Sequence record: PZ445524.1
DNA length: 64,000 nt
Origin: a phage
Strand: one strand, 5' to 3'
Made by a program: the position numbers and the translations under genes. Below, piece by piece: positions 19,347 to 28,191 of this stretch. Every line of letters starts with the position of its first letter. The stretch's first letter is position 1. Below the pieces are notes generated by a model. The model made no database searches. It was not told the origin of the DNA and saw nothing but the letters and a program-made list of their open reading frames with translations.

Positions 19347-20093
19347 TTATCCTCGGATAAGTTTAAAAATTGAACAATTTAGCGGATATCCTCTTTTCAG
19401 TTTAAGTTTATCAATAAAAGACAAATTTTGATACCGCTCTACACCTTGAATAATTTTATCACACATATCATATTGCATTTCTGCTTCTGACAACTTTTTC
19501 ACAATTTTCCAATCCGAGCCTTTAAGAAGAACGTTCAGTTTAACAACTTCAGCGCCTTCTGCTATGCGAGAACCATCAATACGAGCTTTAAGTGCTATAA
19601 TTCTTAGCTTAATGTCAGAGGTCTGTTTTGATTTAGAAAGCTGAGAAATGTGTTCAATTCGGTTTTCACGTTTTTTCTGTATAGCTTTAATTTGATTATA
19701 AGTCTTTTTGATTTTAGCCCATTTCTTTTCATCTAAATTTAGTTTATGAACTTTTTTCGCAGATGAACGACCAATTCGCAAAGCAAATAAATCACGTTTT
19801 TCAATCAACTCCTCTAAAGTATAATCAGAACGAAATGTATTATACTTTTTCTTTACTGCAATAACATTCCCTTTAATGTATCCAATGTTATTATCAAAAC
19901 GTTCTAATGATAATTTCTCTCCTTCAATACGATTATCAAAAGGTTCTCCTGAGTAAGCACAAACTTTCTGATCTAAAATGTTCTTAATGTAATTGAAATC
20001 TAAGTTAAAATCTTTAGAACGTCTTTTTGCAGATGCCTGAGTATGCTCTAGACGACGTTTAATTTTACGAATTTGATTATTAGACAGCTTCAT
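19347..20093 (-). CDS. srd: Srd-like protein (host sigma/RNase E modulator)
   Basis: 248 aa; positional match between dda and modA; assignment from memory. Confidence 0.6.
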   Translation of the reverse strand: MKLSNNQIRKIKRRLEHTQASAKRRSKDFNLDFNYIKNILDQKVCAYSGEPFDNRIEGEKLSLERFDNNIGYIKGNVIAVKKKYNTFRSDYTLEELIEKRDLFALRIGRSSAKKVHKLNLDEKKWAKIKKTYNQIKAIQKKRENRIEHISQLSKSKQTSDIKLRIIALKARIDGSRIAEGAEVVKLNVLLKGSDWKIVKKLSEAEMQYDMCDKIIQGVERYQNLSFIDKLKLKRGYPLNCSIFKLIRG

Positions 20094-20216
20094 ATTTTTC
20101 TCACATCTTACGGACGGTTAACTACTTATACTATAACATTTTTACCTTAACTTGTAAACAACTTTATGTAAAAATGCTTTAAAACTTTCATGGTATAATG
20201 AATTTAAGTCCTTCCA

Positions 20217-20819
20217 TTATAGATTAAATCCTTCAAAATCAAGAGTATAGATAGTGTATGTTGAATACTTTTTGTACTCATATCTATCTGCAATTCTAAA
20301 TACACTTCCAGCTGGTATCATTACTTCTTGTTCATCTGAAACTAATTCCATATTACGATAACGATGGCTATCCGGAAACTTAAAGTTTGGATTGTATTCT
20401 TTACAACGTAGAGCTTTTATAGCATACTCCTGGAAATTGAATACCATAGGAGCTTTGAATTCAAAAATAACTTGTGTGTTATACTCTAAACCGGAAGCAA
20501 AATGTAGAGCTATATTTTTATCATATGAAGCTGATACTACTTTATCAAATTTAATAATATCAATTCCTTGATTTAATACTTGTTTAGTCTCAGCTGGAAC
20601 ACCTCTCCAAAGAGGTTTATCGTTTGGAACCAAACGAGATTTGATTATTTCATTTAACCAAGTATGATCATCTGGCTTATTAGTAATACAATGAATTAAA
20701 AGTTCAATTTCAGATAAATTAAACCCTTCAGAAAGTAATTCTTCACGAATAGAAGCACGCACCGATGCATCCATTGATTTTATTTTAAAATCTTTTAGTT
20801 GCATTACTGAGTATTTCAT
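20217..20819 (-). CDS. modA: ADP-ribosyltransferase ModA
   Basis: 200 aa; ART-like R (LWRG), S.S and E.E (EQEVMIP) motifs. Confidence 0.8.
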   Translation of the reverse strand: MKYSVMQLKDFKIKSMDASVRASIREELLSEGFNLSEIELLIHCITNKPDDHTWLNEIIKSRLVPNDKPLWRGVPAETKQVLNQGIDIIKFDKVVSASYDKNIALHFASGLEYNTQVIFEFKAPMVFNFQEYAIKALRCKEYNPNFKFPDSHRYRNMELVSDEQEVMIPAGSVFRIADRYEYKKYSTYTIYTLDFEGFNL

Positions 20820-21439
20820 TCAACTACCTCAATATCATAAACTTTAAATGTTCCAAATGAATCGTGTAATTTTTCTTTTGAAATAGAAGTTATTCTATAC
20901 TTTCCAATTGGAATCATCCATTCTTGTTCACGCACAATCATCATTAAGTTATCAGTACGCTCTGAATCTAGCCCATCAGTATCTTCATACGTGTACTTGA
21001 ACTCAGTATTAGGAGAAGAAAGTATAATATCGCTGATATGGTCAGAATAATTAAAAGCTTTATCAGTTTTTAAGCGAAGTATTATTTTAGTAAAATATTC
21101 AGCATAAGAAAAAGAACATGCTGTGAGTAAACTAGTAGTAAATGAATCTACCCTGTTCGTTGAAAACACTTCTCCAACTTGTAAATCTTTAATAAGTTCT
21201 TCTGTTGATTTTGATATACCACGATATAACTGATAAGGCGATTTAGTTAAATGCTTTTTAATGATTTTATTCAATTGCCGATGAAGAGCTTCATTCTTTT
21301 TGGCTTCCATACATTGCCAAAGAACAGATTGCTCAAAGTCAGTAAATTTTTCACAGACTTTTTTATACATATCATATTGAAAATCAACGCTTTCAGCTTT
21401 TATAGATAACTGTTCAACATCTGCAAGATTAATAATCAT
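20816..21439 (-). CDS. modB: ADP-ribosyltransferase ModB
   Basis: 207 aa; paralog of ModA with LYRG and EQEWMIP motifs. Confidence 0.8.
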   Translation of the reverse strand: MIINLADVEQLSIKAESVDFQYDMYKKVCEKFTDFEQSVLWQCMEAKKNEALHRQLNKIIKKHLTKSPYQLYRGISKSTEELIKDLQVGEVFSTNRVDSFTTSLLTACSFSYAEYFTKIILRLKTDKAFNYSDHISDIILSSPNTEFKYTYEDTDGLDSERTDNLMMIVREQEWMIPIGKYRITSISKEKLHDSFGTFKVYDIEVVE

Positions 21440-21506
21440 GATAGCCTCCGTATACTTCAGAAGCTATCATATCATCGTTAGGAAGGAAAGTAAACAACTT
21501 TTTGAA

Positions 21507-21689
21507 TTATTTTGCCCAGGGAGCCCAGGGCGGAGGGTCAAGATGGTATGAAGCTAGTTCTTCTAGAAGAGCATCTGGGGCTTCAATTCCATAATTCTGT
21601 AATACTATACGGTACTCTTTCTTATAATCACTAGAATCATTCCGGATATTCGTAGAATGATTATCTTCTAACATCTCAAATAAATCCAT
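21507..21689 (-). CDS. hypothetical protein (60 aa)
   Basis: ORF track. Confidence 0.5.
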   Translation of the reverse strand: MDLFEMLEDNHSTNIRNDSSDYKKEYRIVLQNYGIEAPDALLEELASYHLDPPPWAPWAK

Positions 21690-21697
21690 ATTAATTC

Positions 21698-22168
21698 CTA
21701 GCGATAAAAACCAAAATAACGATTAGCTTCAATAATCTTTCTTTCTTCTTCGGACATTCTCCAACGTAGTCCAACATCAAAATGAGCCCAGACCATCTTA
21801 ACAAATGCGTTTATATCTTTAATATCTTCAATAATGAATGTTTTACTTTTAAAAGGCTGACTCGCTAATTTAACTTTATCATCTTCAAACAGGTCAAAAA
21901 GACCATATTCATGAGCTCTTTTATAGCCTTTAATAGTTAAAGCTTCAGAAGAAGAAAACGGTGAATCAGTATCCTGCAAAATATCTTCAGTATGCTTTAT
22001 AATTAGAATAACATTTTCTGGATATTTTCTTTCTTTTATATCTTCAATTAAAAAATCCGGATTTTCTGCTAAAGGAATAATTAATGAGCATTTTTTACCA
22101 AGAGTATTTACTGATTTACCTTCTTTAGACATGAATTCTACTGAATAATGTTTTGCTACTTCAATCAT
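21698..22168 (-). CDS. hypothetical protein (156 aa)
   Basis: ORF track. Confidence 0.6.
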   Translation of the reverse strand: MIEVAKHYSVEFMSKEGKSVNTLGKKCSLIIPLAENPDFLIEDIKERKYPENVILIIKHTEDILQDTDSPFSSSEALTIKGYKRAHEYGLFDLFEDDKVKLASQPFKSKTFIIEDIKDINAFVKMVWAHFDVGLRWRMSEEERKIIEANRYFGFYR

Positions 22169-22321
22169 GTGATTTCCTTTTGCCTACTAATGGACCATCG
22201 GGAATTTTGTTTTCCTGGATATATTTCTCATTTTCTTCCATCATTTTACGACCAATTTTAAGAAGCAAATCCATTGCTTCATTTGCTTTAGCTTTAGCCT
22301 CTTCTAACGTCATATCTTTGT

Positions 22322-22525
22322 TCATGATTTATCCCCATAGATGTCTCTCATCAATTTAAGCGCTGAGCGCTCTAATTTCTTTTCTTTCTCAGCACTAATC
22401 ATTGATTTCATCCATTCTTCCGATTCGTTCTGCATTTCTTTATTTGCTTGTTCAACCCAACCATCATCAATATACATTGAGTTTGGTCTATTGAACCATT
22501 CAAGAATTTTCTTCAGAACTTTCAT
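22322..22525 (-). CDS. hypothetical protein (67 aa)
   Basis: ORF track. Confidence 0.5.
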   Translation of the reverse strand: MKVLKKILEWFNRPNSMYIDDGWVEQANKEMQNESEEWMKSMISAEKEKKLERSALKLMRDIYGDKS

Positions 22526-22997
22526 TTGTTTTACCTAAAACAATAGTAGGATTATCATCAAATTCATGAATTTTGAGTAAATTTGGATTTAAACTATTCC
22601 ATACAGAAGAAATAAAGTATGATAAAGCATCTTCACTCACAATTATAAACTTATTTCCTTTATCTATTTTCCAGTCATATACTGAATCGTACGAATAAAA
22701 AGATAAAGGATTACCATTATATTGTTCTGCGCTAACATTAATGTATTCGGATTTAGTAAATGCTTCAATTGCTCTAAACGGACTATTTGGCACAGTTTCA
22801 ATAATTCCGATCTTTTTAAGTTTTATTTCAACATCTTCTGGAACTGGCATTGAAACGAAATTTTCTACGAGATACATAGGGTTACAATAACCCTTATCAA
22901 TCACTACGGCTACAGTAATTGGAACATCTTTAGCAAACGACATGCTATTACTGCTAATATACATTTCAAACAAAATCGCTTCCATAATTTTCCTCAA
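22500..22997 (-). CDS. hypothetical protein (165 aa)
   Basis: ORF track. Confidence 0.6.
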   Translation of the reverse strand: MRKIMEAILFEMYISSNSMSFAKDVPITVAVVIDKGYCNPMYLVENFVSMPVPEDVEIKLKKIGIIETVPNSPFRAIEAFTKSEYINVSAEQYNGNPLSFYSYDSVYDWKIDKGNKFIIVSEDALSYFISSVWNSLNPNLLKIHEFDDNPTIVLGKTNESSEENS

Positions 22998-23326
22998 TCA
23001 CAAGATGTAGATGAACAACTAGAATCACAAGAACTTCCACATGAATCGCCCGTCCATACATGAACAGGAACATTAGTATCATATGAATCAGAACTAGACT
23101 GCGCATTAGATGATGTAGTAGGTGTTGACCAGCGCCGAGGATTTTTATAATATTCTTGGGCTTCTTCATAAGTCATAGTAACTGCTTCTACTGTTCCATC
23201 TCCCATATAAACATATTCAACTACAGTTAAAGGAAGGTAGTCATTTGAAATAGGAACTACACCTTCCCCAGGAGTCGTAGAGAAAAAATCCGTAAAGAAA
23301 CTTTTAAACCAATTAAAGATAAACAT
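22994..23326 (-). CDS. hypothetical protein with Ser/Cys-rich C-terminal tail (110 aa)
   Basis: ORF track; tail [18 protein letters not shown]. Confidence 0.6.
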   Translation of the reverse strand: MFIFNWFKSFFTDFFSTTPGEGVVPISNDYLPLTVVEYVYMGDGTVEAVTMTYEEAQEYYKNPRRWSTPTTSSNAQSSSDSYDTNVPVHVWTGDSCGSSCDSSCSSTSCD

Positions 23327-23532
23327 TACAAAAAGCCTCTTTTGAATTCAACTTGTTTATCGCCATAATCATATCGAATCTCTGCATTAAATTCGACAGA
23401 ACCATCGGCGTACATCATAAATGAATGCACAACAACTTCTGTAGACCATGGTTGTAGTTCATATTTCTTCATTACATGCCGTGAAATGATAATATCTAAA
23501 TCTTCATTCGGTTTAATCCAACGATTTAACAT
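23326..23532 (-). CDS. hypothetical protein (68 aa)
   Basis: ORF track. Confidence 0.5.
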   Translation of the reverse strand: MLNRWIKPNEDLDIIISRHVMKKYELQPWSTEVVVHSFMMYADGSVEFNAEIRYDYGDKQVEFKRGFL

Positions 23533-23598
23533 AGCGCTCTCCTCTATAAGATAATTCTATTATACCATACTCATTTTGGAAAGTAAACCGTTTAAATG

Positions 23599-23622
23599 AA
23601 AAAAGGACTCCCGAAGGAGTCC
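23599..23622 (-). terminator. rho-independent terminator downstream of soc
   Basis: minus strand GGACUCC-UUCG-GGAGUCC followed by UUUUUU. Confidence 0.65.
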
Positions 23623-23630
23623 TTGAATTA

Positions 23631-23867
23631 TTAACCACCTATTTCTGTTGGCGTAAACATTGCAGCATTCTTAGTTTTCCAGTCAGCTGCATCAGAAACT
23701 ACAGTAGAATATGCCGCCTTTTCAGAAGGAAAGGTCTGATAATGAGAATCTGCAATACGATGCTCGTTAGAATAGATTTCAAATGGAACAGAAACTTCCA
23801 TACCTTTAACTTCTTTACCTTCACCTGCTGGATGAGTAAAGGTCTTTATATTAACGAAACCACCCAT
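23631..23867 (-). CDS. soc: small outer capsid protein Soc
   Basis: 78 aa; HYQTFPSEKAAYSTV block recalled from Soc; late promoter TATAAATA and AAGGAG SD upstream. Confidence 0.8.
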   Translation of the reverse strand: MGGFVNIKTFTHPAGEGKEVKGMEVSVPFEIYSNEHRIADSHYQTFPSEKAAYSTVVSDAADWKTKNAAMFTPTEIGG

Positions 23868-23898
23868 AATAAACTCCTTTATTGTTTAATTACAGGTG

Positions 23899-23906
23899 TA
23901 TTTATA
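23899..23906 (-). promoter_or_regulatory. late promoter TATAAATA (gp55-dependent) for soc
   Basis: exact TATAAATA on minus strand about 30 nt upstream of soc ATG; overlaps stop codon of the HNH gene. Confidence 0.7.
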
Positions 23907-24753
23907 AACCATTTTCAAATCTCTTTATCATGTTTATATAATTTTCGTCAGGATAACCTAGGCTAACTGCTAGCTTTCTAAAATTGACATATTTAGGTTT
24001 GTTGTTATTAATCCATAATTCTCTAAGCTCTTTTTCATAATTCCATTTAAGTTGATTTCTGCGTGCAATTTTGCTTAAAGTTTTTCCTTTAGCTTTTAAA
24101 GCTTTTTCAGATGACTGTTTTAATTTTTGAATATTTAAAACTTCTTCTATAGATAAATTATTTTCCTTTGAATATCTTATGCAAAAATCTTTTACTATGG
24201 CTATTAGGCAATTTTTGTGAGTACCTAAAATTTCTGGATTATTTTCTTCAACTAAAATTCCCCAATACCTTCGATAGCGAGGCATATCCCTTGAAATCCA
24301 GTCATTATACCAAAAATCAAAGTTGGAATACATGAAAGATTTTCTTTTACGAAGAGTATCTTGGTTTATCCATTGCTCACGTTTATCAGCCCATAACTTA
24401 ATAGTAAAGTCTTTCTCTAAGTCAGAAAGCTTCTTAAATTGTGAGCTATTTACTGAGGTCATTCTCTGGAATGCATTCAGCAATCCAAATCTTCCAGTTG
24501 AACATAAGAGATAGTGAACATATATGTGTTGATATATTGGGAGATATACTCTATTCCAAGGATATATTTTAAAATCACTATACTCAGGAAATGCACATTT
24601 AGGAAGTATATGATGGGCTTCTGTTTTAGATTTAATGTGAGTGTTTAACTTATACTTATCTATAATTTTTAAATACTCATCTAAAAGTTCCCATTGCGGG
24701 AACTTTTCTTTAAGAGCAGATTTGAAATTAATATCCATTATCTTGACGTTCAA
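23902..24753 (-). CDS. free-standing HNH homing endonuclease (283 aa)
   Basis: HNH-like motif EAHHILPKCAFPEY similar to MobA/MobD-type motifs; basic C-terminal region; between soc and 56. Confidence 0.7.
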   Translation of the reverse strand: MNVKIMDINFKSALKEKFPQWELLDEYLKIIDKYKLNTHIKSKTEAHHILPKCAFPEYSDFKIYPWNRVYLPIYQHIYVHYLLCSTGRFGLLNAFQRMTSVNSSQFKKLSDLEKDFTIKLWADKREQWINQDTLRKRKSFMYSNFDFWYNDWISRDMPRYRRYWGILVEENNPEILGTHKNCLIAIVKDFCIRYSKENNLSIEEVLNIQKLKQSSEKALKAKGKTLSKIARRNQLKWNYEKELRELWINNNKPKYVNFRKLAVSLGYPDENYINMIKRFENGL

Positions 24754-25246
24754 AATTATGTTTGTTCTTCAAATAATAAAGTTTAAAGATTTCTTCAGCC
24801 GACATTCCAAGAGCAATAAATTTATTCATGAAAAAGTGAAATTGGTCAATCAGTTCAAATTTAATTTCAAGCTGATCTTCGGGAGATAAATCTTGAATTT
24901 TCTTGGATTGCATTTCAGAATAACGTTTCTTCCAAGGTTTCCATACAGCAGAAGCTTCTTTTTCACCATTACTCATACCACCAAGAGAAGTATATAGCTC
25001 GCGAGTTTCGTCTGCGATATAATCGTCTTGGTTTCGCAGCCAAGCAAGAACTTCTCCTGCAGTTTCAAGTGAATCGGGATGACGATTTGTTTCTGGTTTA
25101 TCATTAGCCAAACGAATCTGTAAATGCCGCTGCATATCAAGCATAACCTGCAATGGGTCTTTTTCATCACCGAGAATATCCCAGTATTCATTTTGAGCTT
25201 TATCAACACCTTCGATCAAATGAGCACATTCATTAAAGTGAGCCAT
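24728..25246 (-). CDS. 56: dCTP pyrophosphatase (dCTPase)
   Basis: 172 aa from MAHFNECAHLIEG; MazG-like; track N-terminal extension rejected because it runs through the RBS of an opposite-strand gene. Confidence 0.85.
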   Translation of the reverse strand: MAHFNECAHLIEGVDKAQNEYWDILGDEKDPLQVMLDMQRHLQIRLANDKPETNRHPDSLETAGEVLAWLRNQDDYIADETRELYTSLGGMSNGEKEASAVWKPWKKRYSEMQSKKIQDLSPEDQLEIKFELIDQFHFFMNKFIALGMSAEEIFKLYYLKNKHNFERQDNGY

Positions 25247-25317
25247 TATTTTTCCTTTCAATTCATGGGTTAGTAGATTAATTATACAATAAATATATAA
25301 AGCAATAAGGAGGACAT

Positions 25318-25518
25318 ATGGTACAAAAATTAATGGCACTTGTTGATGCCATAAAAGGTAATAAGAAACGTATAGCTTTTACTATTTCTGCTATGGTAGG
25401 AATTTTACTCTGGAACTTTATTTTATCACCTGTTGCAATTGCACATGGTATTAATATTCCAGTAGTTACTCTTGATACATTCGTAGATTTAGCATTTGCT
25501 TTAGTTGGGTTAATTTAA
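25318..25518 (+). CDS. small hydrophobic protein (66 aa), plus strand
   Basis: perfect SD AAGGAGG at 25307-25313, 4 nt before ATG; intergenic between 56 and 61; two hydrophobic segments. Confidence 0.6.
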   Translation: MVQKLMALVDAIKGNKKRIAFTISAMVGILLWNFILSPVAIAHGINIPVVTLDTFVDLAFALVGLI

Positions 25519-26543
25519 ATCTTAGCATATTTAGATAGCCGCATTTTAGCCATCAACCCCTGGGCAATATTATTTTTCATATATTCCATAATTTGTTCAG
25601 GGGTTGCACCTTCCTTTCTAATCATATCATTAACATCTTTTGATTTCCAGGGAGATTTATCCCAAAACATAACCCTTTCTCCTGCATCAACTAATTTAGT
25701 CATCCGTTTAATAGTGTCAGGGTGACGAGGTTCATTATCTAAAACCCACACTCGTCTATCTTTAAATGGAACAACTTCTAGGTCTAATTGACCACCCGTA
25801 ATAGCTATACCATTTTCAATAAAAAGTGAATCTATAGGTCCTTCTAGAACATATACATCACCATCTTTAACTCGTTCGACTCCATAGATTTTTGTTGCTT
25901 CAGGATAAGCTTTGATGGTGATATATTTTTGAGGAGCATCTTTCTTTAATGCACGTCCTTGAAAAGACTCAGCTTTTCCATTAGCATTATAAATTGGAAT
26001 AACAAGACGAGGCTCAGAAATTTCCTTTTTATATGTTCCCGGTGCTATGCTATTAACCAATTTAGGCCATTCGGTTGTAAACCAAAGATATTTCCATTTA
26101 TCCTTTGGAATACAACGAGCTTTTACATATTTTATAATTGGATGGTCTTCCGCCAGTTTATCTAATCTAACACATGACGGAAGAGATTTAATTATTTTCT
26201 TCTCAGGTTGTTTAGGAAGTTCTTTAGGTTTTTCTACTGGACGACTTTTACCTTTTTCTTTTCTTATTTCAAAGATATACTCACGATATAAATCAGGTTC
26301 AAACTCCTTTAAATATATTCCGATTGGTGCATGATAGTTACAGTTATAACAATGAATATTTCCTTCATTATTATCACCATAATACCATCCACGGGCTTTA
26401 TTTTGGTCGGTTTTTGAATCTCCACACACTGGGCATCTAAACCGTAATTTAAAAGTTGAACTATTATTTACTTGTGTGAATTTAGGTAAATGAGCTAATG
26501 CACGGTATGCAAACTCATTATCAATCCAAGGTATTGATGACAT
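25515..26543 (-). CDS. 61: DNA primase
   Basis: 342 aa; N-terminal zinc ribbon CPVCGDS...CYNC; T4 gp61 length. Confidence 0.95.
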   Translation of the reverse strand: MSSIPWIDNEFAYRALAHLPKFTQVNNSSTFKLRFRCPVCGDSKTDQNKARGWYYGDNNEGNIHCYNCNYHAPIGIYLKEFEPDLYREYIFEIRKEKGKSRPVEKPKELPKQPEKKIIKSLPSCVRLDKLAEDHPIIKYVKARCIPKDKWKYLWFTTEWPKLVNSIAPGTYKKEISEPRLVIPIYNANGKAESFQGRALKKDAPQKYITIKAYPEATKIYGVERVKDGDVYVLEGPIDSLFIENGIAITGGQLDLEVVPFKDRRVWVLDNEPRHPDTIKRMTKLVDAGERVMFWDKSPWKSKDVNDMIRKEGATPEQIMEYMKNNIAQGLMAKMRLSKYAKI

Positions 26544-26545
26544 TT

Positions 26546-26710
26546 TTACTCTTCTTTTTCTTTAGATTCCTCTTTTTTCTTTTTAGGAATCTGTTCAGGA
26601 CCTTTATTTACTACAGCGCCTGATGTTGTTCCAGTAGAGATATTTTCAGGACTACCACCTGAATCTCCAGCGACCATATCTTCTTTGATAAATTCTTTAT
26701 ATGTTTTCAT
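26546..26710 (-). CDS. small charged protein (54 aa)
   Basis: hand-translated MKTYKEFIKEDMVAGDSGGSPENIS...KKKKEESKEKEE; GAGG SD upstream. Confidence 0.5.
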   Translation of the reverse strand: MKTYKEFIKEDMVAGDSGGSPENISTGTTSGAVVNKGPEQIPKKKKEESKEKEE

Positions 26711-26711
26711 A

Positions 26712-27338
26712 TTAACCTCTATTCATAAAAGCATTAAAAATTTGGTCATCAATAGAAACATTTACTTTAGACTGTTTTTCGGATGGTAATTCATATCCAC
26801 ATATTACAATTTTGTGATCAATATCAAAATACACAGAAGCAATATGATTAATGATATTTTCAGTGAAGTCTAAATCAACATCAATGTCTTTTTGACCAAA
26901 GCCCAAAGGATAAATAATGCGAGTAATTCGATTATCTTTAACAAAGATTCCACCGACATACTCTGTGCTGCGTTTAAAGTCTACACGCCGACGAAATGAA
27001 AAATATTCAGGCTCTTTATGAGCTCGGCTCATAGGGCACAACGAATAACTAGAATAAGAAATGTCAAATCCTACGCCTTCAATATGAACTAAATTGTCAT
27101 GATTAAACCAATTATAATCATATGCCAAGTCCATTAGATTGTCATATGTGAAAGGCACCGGATTAACATCATTGGTCACAAGCATATAATTAGCAACTGC
27201 TATAATTTCATTATTTTTAACGAATACAAACCGTGATTGATGCGAATGGCCTGGACCTGCGTTTTCACGATTAATGATATAACACTGGGCACCTTTATAT
27301 TTGTACGTGTCTTTACACTTGTGCATTTGATAAAGCAT
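26712..27338 (-). CDS. hypothetical protein (208 aa)
   Basis: ORF track. Confidence 0.6.
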   Translation of the reverse strand: MLYQMHKCKDTYKYKGAQCYIINRENAGPGHSHQSRFVFVKNNEIIAVANYMLVTNDVNPVPFTYDNLMDLAYDYNWFNHDNLVHIEGVGFDISYSSYSLCPMSRAHKEPEYFSFRRRVDFKRSTEYVGGIFVKDNRITRIIYPLGFGQKDIDVDLDFTENIINHIASVYFDIDHKIVICGYELPSEKQSKVNVSIDDQIFNAFMNRG

Positions 27339-27631
27339 TATTCACCTACCACTTCAGCGATGATATTTTTATTATTAAAGTTTTTATCGCAATACAGAAC
27401 ATAATTATACTGCATTACACCACCAGACTTAAGCTGTTTTTGCACTTCAGCTTTCATTTCAGGACGATCGCGCTCAACGATATTCATAATATCTGCTTCA
27501 ATTTGAGTTTCAACCTCAGTCTGATCCGCAGTCATAGACCATTCGCACAAATCTTTATCATAACCTGCCATAGCAGGCTGAGCAGCACAAGAAGCTAAAG
27601 CAAAAATTGTAGCAAAGATAAATTTTTTCAT
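27338..27631 (-). CDS. sp: Spackle-like periplasmic protein (superinfection exclusion / lysozyme inhibitor)
   Basis: 97 aa with N-terminal signal peptide MKKFIFATIFALASCAAQPAMA; position between 61 and 41. Confidence 0.7.
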   Translation of the reverse strand: MKKFIFATIFALASCAAQPAMAGYDKDLCEWSMTADQTEVETQIEADIMNIVERDRPEMKAEVQKQLKSGGVMQYNYVLYCDKNFNNKNIIAEVVGE

Positions 27632-27691
27632 GATAATCTCCTCAGTAGTTTATGTTTATATAGTATCTCAATTTCCAACAAAAGTAAACAG

Positions 27692-27991
27692 TTATTTTAA
27701 AACTTCTGCATAATCACATGTTACAAACTGTTTCTCTAGCTTAACGATCTTACGAAAATACCTTTTACACTGACGAATCTGTCGCTTCGTAGGACGTACA
27801 GCAAACTTAATAAATTCCACTCGACCAAATGGAGGACTTTCTTCTGCTGGAATATCTAACACCAATTCCCACGTATCGGCAATAAGTGCTTTGAATTGCG
27901 TATTTTTCCTGACGCTATACGGAGTAGGTTTAAATAAAACAATATGCATATTATCCTCGGCAATCCACTTCACATACTTTCTTTTCATCAA
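27692..27991 (-). CDS. hypothetical protein (99 aa)
   Basis: ORF track. Confidence 0.55.
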   Translation of the reverse strand: MMKRKYVKWIAEDNMHIVLFKPTPYSVRKNTQFKALIADTWELVLDIPAEESPPFGRVEFIKFAVRPTKRQIRQCKRYFRKIVKLEKQFVTCDYAEVLK

Positions 27992-28133
27992 TGAAAGCTT
28001 TAACTAATGCTTTATTAACTTCAGCATACTGAGTAGTAGCCCATTGAACGTCATCTTTCATCATTGTGGTTTCTTTAGTAAACATGCTTTCATTCTTAAA
28101 CCACCCCATAAAAACTACCTTTACCAATTCCAT
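27951..28133 (-). CDS. dmd: Dmd antitoxin (inhibitor of host RnlA/LsoA RNase toxins)
   Basis: 60 aa MELVKVVFMGWFKNESMF..., recognised from memory; immediately upstream-adjacent to 41. Confidence 0.75.
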   Translation of the reverse strand: MELVKVVFMGWFKNESMFTKETTMMKDDVQWATTQYAEVNKALVKAFIDEKKVCEVDCRG

Positions 28134-28191
28134 AACAATCTCCTCATTTAACCAACAAGACTACTATACCATAGTCTTGTCAGCTTGTAAA

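Noticed and set aside
24728-25339. Long N-terminal extensions in the ORF track (56 as 203 aa; also 4907..5116, 52978..53379, 54479..55531, 63120..63353)
   Set aside because: The extensions run through promoter elements or the RBS of the opposite-strand gene, and use TTG/GTG or upstream ATG without SD. Downstream ATGs with GGAG-type SD give lengths matching the known proteins.
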